In this document: in pieces, positions 51,401-62,401 of the stretch
Layout: each line of letters starts with the position of its first letter
Numbering within the stretch: the first letter of the stretch is position 1
Assembly (NCBI RefSeq): GCF_018977255.1
Contig: NW_024704743.1
Coordinates: forward strand, 82,648,001-82,712,000
Origin: Callorhinchus milii
Taxonomy: Eukaryota
Direction of reading: 5' to 3'
DNA: 64,000 nt
Position numbers and translations under genes: made by a program
The notes under the pieces: generated by a model
The model's input: the letters and a program-made list of their open reading frames with translations, nothing else
Databases searched by the model: none
What the model was told of the DNA's origin: nothing

Positions 51401-52232
51401 GATTTCAAGATCCTCACACTCGACTATAAATCACTTTGTGTGCTAGTACTTCCCTGCCTCTCTCATTTGCACACACTTTACTCCTCTCACTGCCCCTTTG
51501 CTTGGCTTGGGCCATCTCTGCCTCCCCTGTCCCCTCGTTCCACCATTAGCGAGTGTGCATTCAACGGCTGGAACTCCCTGCCTCAATCCCTCCGCCTCGA
51601 TCCCTCTTTACCCATCAAATCTCACCTGAAGACTTCTTCTGTTGTGCCTATAGTCATTTGCCCTTTCTTTCTAGTTGGGTGTAACACCCTGGCTTTGTTC
51701 AGCACTCTTGAGACAGTAGTGTGAAAGGTGCTACATAAATGCAAGTTTTGGTAGTGAGGAGCAATTCTCATCCATGCATTATTCTATTCAGTCATTTTGG
51801 TTTTGATTGGGGAAAAAAAGCAATGCTTAGTGACACATTGAGCTGTCCATTGTGCATTGTAATAGGTGCCCATTTCACACTTGGAGGAAACCAGTTAAAT
51901 ATACATTTGACTCAAATTCAAAAATGAGCTGGAATCCAGATAAAATATATGTCCTGAAAGTAGTGAGCACAATGTTGTGTGCTTATAAGGCTTACATTTT
52001 CTTTGAAAGGTTATCTTTTGAAAAGCTTTTCTCATACTTTGTTTTGTGTGTCCAGGACCCTGGAGACTCTGACAGTGGTGTTGCTACATTACTTAACCAG
52101 CCACCACCTGATGCAGGAGTTCCACTTCCAGCCAAGAATCTCATCTTCAAAGATGGTGTTTTGTCTGAATGGGTTGGACAGTCTCCTTCATCTGTACATA
52201 TTGCAAAATCGCACAAGGACCAAACTAACTAA
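24396..52232 (+). CDS. FAM91A1: protein FAM91A1 (WDR11/TBC1D23-associated endosome-to-Golgi trafficking factor), complete 24-exon CDS, 835 aa
   Basis: 24 exons joined by GT-AG introns give 2508 nt with no frameshift; starts [15 protein letters not shown], ends [21 protein letters not shown], matching recalled human FAM91A1 throughout. Confidence 0.98.
24565..25310 (+). repeat. G-rich purine minisatellite / low complexity, 28-bp core unit
   Basis: GAGAGAGTGGGGGGTGGGGAGTGCGCGA; GAGTGCGCGA at 24821, 24849, 24877, 24905, 24933, 24959, 24987. Confidence 0.95.
25340..25870 (+). repeat. 31-bp minisatellite interrupted by L2 tail fragments
   Basis: GAGATCCTGGGYAAAGAGAGAGTGAGTGAGT with starts at 25441, 25472, 25503, 25534; L2 tail at ~25575-25640. 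Confidence 0.85.
26543..26724. mobile_element. Tc1/mariner (Tigger/pogo-like) MITE
   Basis: TIRs CTGTGAAACTCTGATAACT..CCCC / GGGGCTAGTTATCAGAGTTTAACTG followed by TA. Confidence 0.6.
26786..27500 (-). mobile_element. L2 LINE 3' fragment
   Basis: [48 protein letters not shown]2 tail. Confidence 0.85.
28075..28310 (+). mobile_element. L2 fragment
   Basis: [40 protein letters not shown]. Confidence 0.75.
29967..30051 (+). CDS. FAM91A1: FAM91A1 exon 2
   Basis: [28 protein letters not shown]. Confidence 0.97.
30475..30626 (+). CDS. FAM91A1: FAM91A1 exon 3
   Basis: [51 protein letters not shown]. Confidence 0.97.
31783..32010 (-). mobile_element. young DeuSINE lacking its 3' tail
   Basis: matches head and core of 3673-3988. 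Confidence 0.88.
32226..32283 (+). CDS. FAM91A1: FAM91A1 exon 4
   Basis: [19 protein letters not shown]. Confidence 0.97.
32883..32950 (+). CDS. FAM91A1: FAM91A1 exon 5
   Basis: [23 protein letters not shown]. Confidence 0.97.
34045..34158 (+). CDS. FAM91A1: FAM91A1 exon 6
   Basis: [38 protein letters not shown]. Confidence 0.97.
35450..35540 (+). CDS. FAM91A1: FAM91A1 exon 7
   Basis: [30 protein letters not shown]. Confidence 0.96.
35747..35995 (-). mobile_element. DeuSINE (long subfamily) partial
   Basis: reverse complement of core and tail seen at 61669-62040. Confidence 0.8.
36250..36660 (+). mobile_element. L2 fragment
   Basis: [23 protein letters not shown], typical L2 ORF2; tail TAAATGCAATTTGTTG. 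Confidence 0.8.
37923..37985 (+). CDS. FAM91A1: FAM91A1 exon 8
   Basis: [21 protein letters not shown]. Confidence 0.97.
38169..38275 (+). CDS. FAM91A1: FAM91A1 exon 9
   Basis: [36 protein letters not shown]. Confidence 0.97.
38580..38618 (+). CDS. FAM91A1: FAM91A1 exon 10
   Basis: [13 protein letters not shown]. Confidence 0.96.
39289..39401 (+). CDS. FAM91A1: FAM91A1 exon 11
   Basis: [37 protein letters not shown]. Confidence 0.97.
40165..40283 (+). CDS. FAM91A1: FAM91A1 exon 12
   Basis: [39 protein letters not shown]. Confidence 0.95.
40809..40921 (+). CDS. FAM91A1: FAM91A1 exon 13
   Basis: [38 protein letters not shown]. Confidence 0.96.
41268..41354 (+). CDS. FAM91A1: FAM91A1 exon 14
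   Basis: [29 protein letters not shown]. Confidence 0.97.
41975..42585 (+). mobile_element. L2 LINE 3' fragment
   Basis: [42 protein letters not shown]; tail CTTGGGACGTCCTCCCGATGTGAAAGGCGCT. Confidence 0.85.
42740..42863 (+). CDS. FAM91A1: FAM91A1 exon 15
   Basis: [41 protein letters not shown]. Confidence 0.96.
43547..43695 (+). CDS. FAM91A1: FAM91A1 exon 16
   Basis: [50 protein letters not shown]. Confidence 0.97.
44656..44790 (+). CDS. FAM91A1: FAM91A1 exon 17
   Basis: [45 protein letters not shown]. Confidence 0.97.
44901..45014 (+). CDS. FAM91A1: FAM91A1 exon 18
   Basis: [38 protein letters not shown]. Confidence 0.97.
45163..45373 (+). mobile_element. young L2 3' end
   Basis: near-identical to 23520-23720. 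Confidence 0.8.
45880..45952 (+). CDS. FAM91A1: FAM91A1 exon 19
   Basis: [24 protein letters not shown]. Confidence 0.96.
46591..46743 (+). CDS. FAM91A1: FAM91A1 exon 20
   Basis: [51 protein letters not shown]. Confidence 0.95.
47430..47785 (-). mobile_element. L2 fragment (inverted relative to adjacent L2 piece ~47195-47400)
   Basis: [24 protein letters not shown]. Confidence 0.8.
48619..48726 (+). CDS. FAM91A1: FAM91A1 exon 21
   Basis: [36 protein letters not shown]. Confidence 0.92.
49702..49825 (+). CDS. FAM91A1: FAM91A1 exon 22
   Basis: [41 protein letters not shown]. Confidence 0.95.
50843..50912 (+). CDS. FAM91A1: FAM91A1 exon 23
   Basis: [24 protein letters not shown]. Confidence 0.97.
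51275..51750 (+). mobile_element. L2 fragment
   Basis: ATTCAGAACTC..CCCATCACCCCAGTCCTTGCC..GATTTCAAGATCCTCAC..tail GGTGCTACATAAATGCAAG. Confidence 0.75.
52056..52232 (+). CDS. FAM91A1: FAM91A1 exon 24 (coding part, stop TAA)
   Basis: [58 protein letters not shown]. Confidence 0.95.
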   Translation, partial: DPGDSDSGVATLLNQPPPDAGVPLPAKNLIFKDGVLSEWVGQSPSSVHIAKSHKDQTN

Positions 52233-54295
52233 ACCCATTCCTATTGTTGGAATACTGCCTGTCTCAGTAGGTAAATGTCACAGGGAACAGATGTATTTAC
52301 TGCATCTCCTCTTAACCTTTAGGGACAGCAAAGCATTTACCTGCTGATCCAGTTTAATGTGTTCAAATAGCACCTTAATAATGTAAAAAAAAGGAAATAT
52401 GTATGAACTCTTCCTGTTTGATTTGAGTTTTGTGTATAAAAATTAAAAAGCAGAAGAAAATGTCAGCTTATGGATAAGGGTAAACAGACCAGTTACTTCT
52501 TTCAGTGTGAGCAATCGTTAGGCATATTTTCCCTTGGTCCATGTATACTTTGCAAAAATTGCACTCGCCTTTTTACGAGGCTCTTTCACGGGCACCCAGC
52601 AACTATGCCATCCTGCCAGTAAAATGGAAATGTGTGTTATAATTTCCAATTTCCCTTTGGATTGGAAGTTGGAATTTTGCTTTCATTGAGTTGTATGGAG
52701 AGCTCTTTTTTTCTCCCTTCTAATACCCCTCTACCAGGAGATGGTTGGATACGTCACCCTAGTGGCCCAGTTGCAAACAGTATTTCTAGTACAAGTTAGT
52801 TGGATTAGTCACCTCAATTACCTTAACCTTTGACTATAATATTGAGATGTGTTAACTCCTCCGTTTTGGCATAATTTGAGATCCCATATCAAATTGGAAA
52901 ACATCCTCTGAGCTAAAGGAACAAAACTTTTGCATTACGAGAGTGCACACATTAAACACTAATTTGAGTGGATAAAGTTAATGTGATATTTACAAAACCT
53001 CACAATTCATGGGGATATGGAATACCAGGATGTTGAACATATACTTGCTATGTGTAGTACTGTGGTGTAAATATTGTCTGTCATCAAGGATGTATAAAAG
53101 TGTAGTTGAGAAGGGGAAGTGGCTGTTTTTTCTGTTTCCCCATCCTCCTCTGGTGATTTACATCAGAGCAAAATACTGGCTTAATCTGTTGTGTGGTTGT
53201 TGGTCAACCATCAAGGTTCAGTAATAAGTATCTGGGTATATCTACCATGATTGCAAGCTCATGAAAGATAATACTGTATCAGAAATACAATGCTAATTTA
53301 TTAGCTATGTGCAACATATCCATTTCATGTTATTGACCGTATACAATGTGTACGAATTATTCTTGAGGGTGGAAATCTAGAGAAAGATTAATTTAACCTA
53401 ATCAAGGCTTTTTTAATGTTAATAACCCTGTCTAGGATGAGGGCGTATTTTTCATAGCAAACGCTTTTACTATAAATCAGTTTTAATTCTTCGATTTCAA
53501 TAGTCATTTAATAGATTATTTTGTACTTTTTTAATAGGTATCTCACCTCTGAAGTTAATTTGAGAGAAATTCTGATAATTTCAAAAGTTTCTATTTTGAG
53601 TTCTGTGATTTTTGAAGCAGGAAGTGGCTTTGGGGGGAGAAGTGGCCGGTGGAAAGTTTCTGATTTCATACAAAACGCAACTTGCAGAAAATATGGACCT
53701 ACTTTTGTTTAACTGTTACAAAGCTGCTTTTTACATGCAGTTTTGTGCTGCTGCTCAAAGCTGATTCTTTTTACAGAAGTATTTAAGATAACTGATGAAG
53801 TGCTTCATTAGGAAACTTATTTGCTGGCTTTTTTAAAGCTGGTTTTATTACTTAAGTAAATTCACTTAAGTGGACTGCACTCACTGTTGTTCAGTAGCAA
53901 CAATATTTCTTTGTAATATCAGTGATTCCAGTTCAAATGCTGCTGGAAACGATCTTGTAGCGAATGAGTTAAACCACCATGTGTATTGTCTTTATGATTA
54001 TTATATTGTTGCAATGCCACTGATGTAGTTATGGAAATTTCTGAATACTCCTATTTTCATTCTGTGATGCCTTTTAAATTGAAGCAGTTAATAAGTTATC
54101 TTGGCAGTTATCTCTCTGCAAAACAACAATGAAGTATAAAACGACATTACCTTGAACATGTGTAAATATATAAGCCCAAATTTGTTTTCATTGATGCTTC
54201 CCATTGACTGTAACATGAGGCATTGTACATTTGTCTTTTGCACTGCACATTACCACAGTTCCTTAATAACTGTCCTGTTTTGCAAAAGAAAAGTC

Positions 54296-54510
54296 AATAA
54301 ATCATTGTTACTGCCATGAGCTATACCTCGCAGGCACTTTGGTCTGAGAACTGACCTCGACCTGGCAAAATTTTGAGCGGTCAGACTGTTAACTCATATT
54401 GAATTAAAAAAAATTGGGCATTCAATCTGCACATTATGTTGAAGTATATAGTAAATAAATGTTAACAAACTTAATGTCTTTTTTGAATTTGTCTGCTGTG
54501 TGTGGTCCAT
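54296..54510 (+). terminator. putative FAM91A1 polyadenylation signals
   Basis: AATAAA at 54296-54301 and 54454-54459, the latter followed by T/GT-rich downstream element; recognisable repeats resume soon after. Confidence 0.55.
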
Positions 54511-54699
54511 TGAACTGTGCAGTGATATGGTGTTTTCACAATTATAAAATTACCATGGTTACACAATGTTTGTATAGATGGTTACACATTTTGAAACTGG
54601 TTTTATTACTAACTTCAATGCAGTCAATTTAGCTGGTATATTTGACATTGCCAGGACATTGCCTTTGAGCTCATGCAGCAGTCTAAGTTGATAGTTCAA

Positions 54700-55010
54700 T
54701 CCACTGCTGGGGGGAGTGCTGTACTGCCAGAGATGCTGTTCTTCAGATGAGATGTTAAACTGAGGTCCTGTCTGCCAGTTCAGGTGGACGTTAAAAATCC
54801 CATGGCACTAGTCAAAAAGAGAAGGGAGTTTCTCCCAGTGCCCTGGCCAACAATCCCCCAGATACAATTGGTCATAAACTTCATGACTGTTTGTGGGATA
54901 TTGCTATGTGCAATTTGGCTGCCACATTTGACTACAAATATGCAGTCACTTTACTGTAAACCTGTAAAGTGCTTTGAGACAACGTAACAACTTTATCAAA
55001 TGCAGCTATT
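54700..55010 (+). mobile_element. older DeuSINE
   Basis: CAGATGAGATGTTAAACTGAGG..CAGGTGGACGTTAAAAATCCCATGGCAC..TGTTTGTGGGATATTGCT. Confidence 0.8.
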
Positions 55011-55342
55011 ATTTCTTGTCCTGCATTAAATGAGATGGGCTACTGACTATTCTGTATGCTGATGTATTAAAAGTAAAGCATTTGGAATTCTGGAAGCCTT
55101 TGATAGACTCTTAGCAATATACCAGATATTACTTTTATGTTTGGGAAAAAAATGAAATCTTGCTAATGGAAAATCAACAACAACAACAACAAGATTCCAT
55201 TTATAGAGCGCCTTTCACGTCAGGAGGACGTCCCATCAAAGGTGGGGAGGGACTGCCTCTGCCACATTTCATGTGATAAACATCAAATCTACTGCTAAAT
55301 TACCCCCATGTTCTCACATCATTCATTACTTTCAATTATTCA

Positions 55343-55985
55343 TCTATATTAATAAAGATGTAGTGTCTATCTGTCTGTCCATCTGTCTGCCAAGCAACTC
55401 AATAACTGATTGCCACAGCGACATGATTTATACCTCGGAAAGGTCTTGAATGGAGGAGTGTCATGGGCATATTTTTGGTGGGTTATCTCCTATTGTGGAT
55501 GAGCTATGACCTAAAGAAGCTCCTTCCATATGTATGGCAGTTACATGTATGCTGCAGTTAGACCTGGAGGCCGCACCGACTCCCAGTGGGGCTGTGACAC
55601 ACAGCAAGCACTGCAGACGAAGCCAAGCAGCGGGAACAAGATGGCGGTGGTGAAGTGGAAGTTGCTTCAAGCTGCGTGGAGGGCAGCTGTCCAACTGCTT
55701 TTCCTGCTGTGTCGGAGTTGGACCGGTGGCGGGTTATGGTTGGCTTCGTAAGGCTGCAGGGTTTCTGGGTTCCTCTGCTCCGCAGCCTATCAGCAACTAG
55801 CCGGAGAGGGTGAAGCCTGGGGCATGAGTTGGGGCCTCACCCAGGGTTCGGGTTTAGCCCCTTCCCCTCTCATGCATATAATTTTATATAATAAAATCTA
55901 ATACTAATAAGGACGAAATGTCTGTGTGTCAATCTACATTTGATATTGATTTGGTTGTAAGCGAAGCTGTAACGGGTACAGTTAG
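55343..55985 (+). mobile_element. putative non-autonomous Helitron
   Basis: A|TC start (TCTATATTAATAAAG..(TGTC)n), imperfect subterminal hairpin GTTGTAAGC-GAA-GCTGTAAC, end CAGTTAG|T (CTAG variant); second TC-type start at 55897. Confidence 0.55.
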
Positions 55986-57190
55986 TGTAATATAAACTAA
56001 TGAAGACCATTAACTGTTGATGTGAAAATGCTATGTACTAATTTGCTGATACAAATAGAGAATCTGAAGTATTTTAGTTTCAAATAATTCTTGCATTTGA
56101 TACCACAAATACCAAATTATTTTCCTAGACTGAACACAAGTTCAGTTCATAATGGAAATCTAATGCAAACATGTAACAATCAATATGGGGCAATGTTCAT
56201 GTGCAAAATGAGTGCAAAGTGTAGTGTGCAAAGTGAGTACATCTGGTTTGTTGCTATTTTCCACATTGTGGCATAAGTAATGATCTAATATTTGCAGTTA
56301 GGGGTTCACTGTCTCCTTGGGAGTTTCAGTGACATCAGAGGATGAGAATCTTTTAAACGAAATAAAATTGTCACACTGTATTCTGATGTAAATTCTTATT
56401 GATGAAGTAATGCATGTAATCGAAGGATCTAATTCTTAAATACAAGACAGCACATTGACTTCTTGAGAGATTAGCAGGTTTGGAATACCTAGGCTGAGAT
56501 ATCTATCTATGAAGTTTGTATGTAGTGAATGAAAAAGGCATTATATGTAATACAATAGAGGGCCAAATGGACATCACTGGAGAAGACGGGACGATCGAAT
56601 ATACTCTGATAAGGCACATGTATAAAGGGGTAAATATTGTACATGTGTACATAACACTGATGGTGGAAGGTGACCGTAAGCACAGTTAAAAAGGAAGGTT
56701 TTCAGGCAGGACTTGAGAGAGGGGGAAATGCAGAGGGATTGAGGGAGAGTGTTCCAGAGTTTTCGGGGGGTAGTGGCTGAAAGTGCGACCTCCAATGGTG
56801 GAGCGGATGGTGCCAGTTGAGCGGAGGCGCCGGGTGGTGGATTAGGGAGTGAGGAGGTCGGAGAGGTAGTGCTGATGCAGGACTTCAATCAGTCCCACAT
56901 AAAATGGAAGTACCCATGTGCAAAAGTCTGTACTTATTAATGGATACGTGACTGCTTGCTGACTCAGCGTGTCAGGGAACCCACAAGAGGTTCCTTGAAT
57001 TCTAGTCAGTGACCCAGACACTTTTCAGGAAGTAGGTGATCCACTTGACTCCAGAGGACAAAGCAGTAAATTGCATTCATATAGCGCCTTTCATGACAGG
57101 AGGATGTACCAAGGCGCTGGACAGTTGAGGGTTTACACCAGAGCAGTGGGCTGGAGGCAAGAGGTGGAGGGTAGGGAGGATAGGGTTAGG

Positions 57191-60150
57191 AGAACATAAG
57201 AATTAGGAGCAGGAGTAGGCCATTCGGTCCCTCGATCCTGCCCCGCCATTCGATAAGATCATGGCTGATCTTCTGACCTAACTAATTACCTGCCCTATCC
57301 CATATCCCCTAATCTCTCTATTTTTAAAAAATCTATCAGTCTCAGCCTTGAAGATGTTCAAGGACTGAGCATCTACAGCCTTCTGAGGTAGTGAATTCCA
57401 TAAATTCATTACCCTCTGAGTGAAGAAATGTTTCCTCAACTCTGTTCTAAAAGGCTGACCCTTAATTTTAAGACTGTGACCCCTGGTTATAGATTTTCTG
57501 TACTCTAGAGAATACAGCCCTAGTTTATTCAGCCTGTCCTCAGAGGTCAGTCCCCTCATCCCAGGAACTAACCGAGTGAATCTACACTGCACTCCCTCTA
57601 GGGCAAGTATGTCCTTTTTTAAAAAAGGAGACCAAAACTGAACACAATACTCTAGGTGCGGTCTCACCAAGGCCCTATACAGTTGCAGCAAGACTTCCCT
57701 ACTCTTGTACTCTAAACCTTTTGCAATGAACGCTAACATGTCATTCGCCTTCTTAGTTGCTTGCTGCACCTGTAAACTAACATTTTGAGATTGGTGTACA
57801 AGGACAACCAAATCCCTCTGAACACTAACACTGTCTAATCTCTCCCCCTCTAGAAAATAATCTTTGTTTTTCTATTTTTTCTACCTTGGTGAATAACTTC
57901 ACACTTCCCCACATTAAATTCCATCTGCCACCTACTCGCCCACTCCCCTAGCCTATCTGTATCCCGTCGCAATCTTTTCGCATCATCCTCAGAGCTTACT
58001 CTCCCACCTAGTTTAGTGTTATCCACGAATTTAGATACGTTACATTCAATGTCCTCGTCTAGATCATTGATATAAATTGTAAATAGCTGAGGCACAAGCA
58101 CTGATCTTTGTAGCACTCCACTAGTCACATTCTGCCAATTCACGAATGACCCGTTTATCCCTACTCTCTGTTTTCTACCCATTAGCCACTCTTCAATCCA
58201 TGCTAATATGTTCCCATTAATCCCGTGGGCCTTAACCTTGGACAATAGCCTTTTGTGTGGCACTTTGTCAAATGCCTTTTTAAAATCTAAATATACTACA
58301 TCTACTGGTTCCCCCCTATCTAACCTGCTAGACACATCTTCAAAAAGCTCTAAAAGATTAGTTAAGCATGACTTCCCTTTTGTAAAGCCATGTTGACTCT
58401 GCCTAATCTTGTTATGGTCTTCCAGGAATCCCATAACAACATCTTTAATTAAGAACTCAAGAATTTTCCCTACCACTGATGTCAGACTAACTGGTCTATA
58501 GATCCCCATCTTTTCTCTCCCACCCTTCTTAAATAGCGGTGTTACGTTTGCAATCTTCCAATCAATGGGAACCGTTCCAGAATCCAGAAAATTTTGGAAG
58601 ATCAAAGACAAGCCATTCACTATCTCAGTAGCCACCTCTAAATTCCATCATATTATGATCACTTTGCACTAGAGGAGCCTTAATTTCCAGTTTGCTGATC
58701 AGCCCTGCTTCATTACACAAAACAAGGTCTAATATGGCCTGTTCCCTGGTTGGCTCCTCGGCATACTGATCTAGATAATTATCCCTAATACATTCTATAG
58801 ACTCTTCCTCTATCATACTTTTCCCAATTTGGTTGTCCCAATCTATATGCAGATTAAAATCACCCACAATTAATGTTTTTCCTTTTCTACATACTCCGCT
58901 AATTTCCTGATTTATACCTTGAGAGATACTATGACTGCTGTTCGGAGTCTATAAACTACTCCCACTAGAGTTTTCTGCTCCTTGTTGTTTCATACTTCTA
59001 CCCATACTGACTCTACTTCCTGCTTTTCTGATTTAAAATCTTTCCTCTCTACTGTTTTTATGCCATCCTTTATTAGCAGGACCACCCCCCTCTCCTCGTT
59101 TACCACATTGCCTATCTTTCCTATACACCACGTACCCTGGAATATTTAGCTCCCACCCTTGATCTCCCTGTAACCATGTCTCGGTGATGGCTACTAGATC
59201 ATACCCATTTGTTTCTATTTGTGCATTTAACTCATCTATCTTGTTTCGAATGCTTTGCGCATTCAGATATAGCACCTTTAATTCTGACTTCGGGCTATTA
59301 GTCCTATTCACCAGTACCCTATCCGTGGGCTTCCTTTCCCCGCTTGACACCCTTTGCTCATCTCCCTGGTTAATCTGCTCTCCTACGTTCATCGATCCTA
59401 ATTTTAATTGTAACGGATTACATGTGATTAAATTTACCCCCCCCCCCCCCTTAGTAGTTTAAAGTCCTGTCTACCTCCCTATTTATTTGTGTTCCCAGGA
59501 CATTTGTCCCAGCCCTGTTTAGGTGGAGTCCATTCTTTTGGAATAGCTCCTGTCTCCCCCAATACTGGTGCCAGTGGCCTATAAAGTGAAACCCCTGCCC
59601 TCCGCACCATTCTTTTAGCCAGGTATTCAGTTCTTTAATTTTTTTTGCCTGTACCAATTTGCCCCTGGCTCAGGTAATAATCCCGATATTAATACCTTCA
59701 AAGTTCTACTCTTTAGCTTAACTCCCAATTCCCAGAATTTGCTGTCCTACCTAGATCATTGGTCCCGATGTGAATCATAACTATTGGATCCACTCCCTTC
59801 TGCTTCGAATTTTTCTCCAGCCCAGAAGTGACGTCCTTCACCCTGGCCCCAGGAAAGCAACAGAGTCTTCTTGTCTCCTTGCTACGGCTGCAGAAAAGTG
59901 TGTCAGTCTTCCTGAGTGTCTCATCCCCAATTAACACTATATTCTTTCTGACTATTCCCAGTGTGGCCTCCTGTATAGAGGTGTTGGGGTAAGTTTGCCC
60001 ATCTTCCTCACAGACTTCCTTGTCAACACAGGTTGCAAGTATTTCATACCTGTTGGACAAGGTTAAAGCCTGGGGTTCCTCTGCCCCTCTCTTTCGGGTC
60101 CTCTTACGCGCTTGTCTGACCGTCACCCAGTCCTATCCGTGGCTGGCAAC
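57191..60150 (-). mobile_element. 5'-truncated, decayed CR1 LINE: SGNH-esterase ORF1, APE endonuclease and RT of ORF2, 3' tail
   Basis: ORF1 LSNRYEIL, CFPGARVKD, IHIGTND, GLHLN; EN YLNAQSIRNK, ITETWL, MGDFN, SDHN; RT YRPVSLTS, QHGF, YLDFKKAFD, SGVLQ, FVDNTK; tail (TTCTTATG)n; stops and frameshifts. Confidence 0.95.
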
Positions 60151-60440
60151 GGAATGGTGACTGAAGACAAGGTTGAAGATGAAGCTTTTGAGATGGGCCT
60201 TGGAGGCAAGAGAGGGGACACGGTAGAGGGGCTCCTGGATGGAGTAACAGAGAGTGGGTGCAGAAAGGTTGAAGGCCCAACCACCGATATTGAAGCGGAT
60301 AGGTCGGGGGTCATGGAATAGACCAGGGAGCGGAGGGAGCAGACAGATTGGTAGGGTTTTAGGAGGTCACAGTGGTAGGGCGGATCAAGACCGTGGAGTG
60401 TTTTAAAGGTGAGGACAAGGATTTTAAACTCGATCCTCTG
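60151..60440 (-). mobile_element. L2 fragment, continuation of L2 tail at ~57062-57190
   Basis: colinear with other L2 copies (e.g. 26800-27200) on both sides of the CR1. Confidence 0.75.
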
Positions 60441-61668
60441 GGAAGATAGGGAAGATGTGAAATCCCCAAATGAATCAAATGGGGTTGAAAAAGAGAAAGG
60501 AAATGTTCTTGTGTTGTTGCTAATTGCTGTTATTAAATAAATGCATTGACTCTGGAGACCTGTAGTGTAGTGGTTAGCGAGAGACCCGGGTTTGATTCCG
60601 GAGCGGGGTGAAACCCAAGTTTCCTTACTCCACGTGCCTGTTTACCTAGCAGTAAGTAGGAACTCAGTTGTTAGTTATTTGGTGGATCGAGCGGGGACAG
60701 CAGGAAAAACCAGCAGCAGCATCATGACACCATACCCAGCAGGCAGGCATTTCACATCCTAACAACTCGGTGGGTGTGTAAAAAAAACAAATACTTGTAA
60801 TTTCACCCATTCCTATTTTACTTGCTATCTTGAATTCATATATACAAATATTTGCTGCCTGGTGAATACGAGTAACCCTATGTATTTCTCCCCCCCCCTC
60901 CCCTCGCCCACCCACCCACCTGTAGATATAGCCACAGACAATGGAGCTGTTTGCTCCAAATCTTCATGAGCATTCACACCTACAATGTGAAAACTAATGT
61001 TTTATATATAACTTTGAAAATGAGAGATCAGATGCTTGCTAGATTTAATTCATTTTCCTGACCCACTCCTTGAATTGCCTTTGTCAAAAACTTTTCAAAG
61101 GAGAATTCCAGACAAGGCACAAAAAGGCATATTGTTAATTCTCACCAGGGAGAGTGTGGATTTCTTCAGCTGATCAAGAGTGAAAACACATTAAAAATAA
61201 ATTGGTTAAAAAGTGCCCCAGTGACTAGAAATTCGATTTTAAAAAGGTAGTGAGTGAGTTGGATGAGGATGATTCATTGACCTAGAGAAGGAGCTCCATC
61301 TACTGGTAATTATTATAATAATACCAATACTACTACTATTAACAGATGAATTGGTTGCTGCTGTGTGGCATGTGTTAGCAAATAACAGAGGGTTGGTATA
61401 TGGTACAGTGAGTTAAACATGGCCCAGTATGTGATGCCGCATTGTTGAAGTATGGCACCGTGTGTTGGAACAACAGCAGATCGTGTTCCTAAGTGGCACA
61501 GTACACTGGAATATAGCACAGCGTGTTGAAACATTAATCATGGCATGGGGTGGGCACACTACATCACCCTACTTCTTTGTCTCGTGTTTATAAGGGACAT
61601 TCAGTTTTGGGGGTTAAATTCAATTTAAACTCTGTAGATTGAGTTGGCCAGTTTTAAGATGGCTTTAA

Positions 61669-62040
61669 GTGGAGTCCTGCAGTGTGTTGGTAAGGGCACT
61701 CACCTCACAAGTGAGAGGACCTCGGTTAGGTTCCCGGACAGGGTGAAACCTTAGGCAAGTTTCCTTACTCCACACGCTTCTGTTTACTTAACAGTAAGTA
61801 GGAACCCGTTGTTAGCCGATTGGCAGATCACTTTCCGGGGGTAATGATCCCTTCAAAAAATTTAAATAATTTGGTCACTCAATCCACGACTGTTTGTGGG
61901 ACACCGCTGTGCGCAATTGGCTGCCACATTTCGCGCATAAAATATACAATCAATTAATTTCACAATATATTCTGTGAAGTGTTTTGAGATGTCTCGAAGA
62001 CAAGATAAGGTGCAATATCAAATGCAAGTATTATGTTATT
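61669..62040 (+). mobile_element. full-length DeuSINE (long subfamily)
   Basis: GTGGAGTCCTG head, extra ~60-bp segment after ACTCCACACG, Deu core, L2-like tail. Confidence 0.88.
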
Positions 62041-62049
62041 ACCACTAAT

Positions 62050-62391
62050 AGTAATCCTTGCATTTTGATAAAGCGCCTTTTATCATGTCGTTGAGACGTC
62101 TCTAAGAGGTTCACTGAAAATATTGTAAAGTGGATTGATTGTATATTTTGTGGGTGAAACGCGGCAGCCAATTTCGCGCAGCAGTGTCCCACAGTTGTGG
62201 ATTGAGTGACCAATTTCTTTTTGAAAAGATTAGCCAAACCATTTGGTCTGTATGAGTGACAGTAGTACAGTATACACTATAAATATGCAGTCAATTCACT
62301 TTACAGTGTGTTCTGTGAAGCGCTTTGGGACGTCCTCCCGACATGAAAAGTGCTATATCAAATGCAAGGATTATTATTATTATTATTATTA
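62050..62391. mobile_element. two partial DeuSINEs (minus 62050-62215, plus 62280-62391)
   Basis: core/tail matches in opposite orientations. Confidence 0.8.
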
Positions 62392-62401
62392 TAAGTGTGC
62401 C

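Noticed and set aside
57278..58635. Active or domesticated reverse transcriptase gene
   Set aside because: Catalytic motif degenerate (FVDN instead of FADD), broken frames and deletions: a dead CR1 copy
61419..61460. Candidate upstream CNDP exon remnant (MAQYV then DA after a frameshift)
   Set aside because: Too short, needs frameshifts and has no clear donor; cannot be distinguished from chance without a profile search
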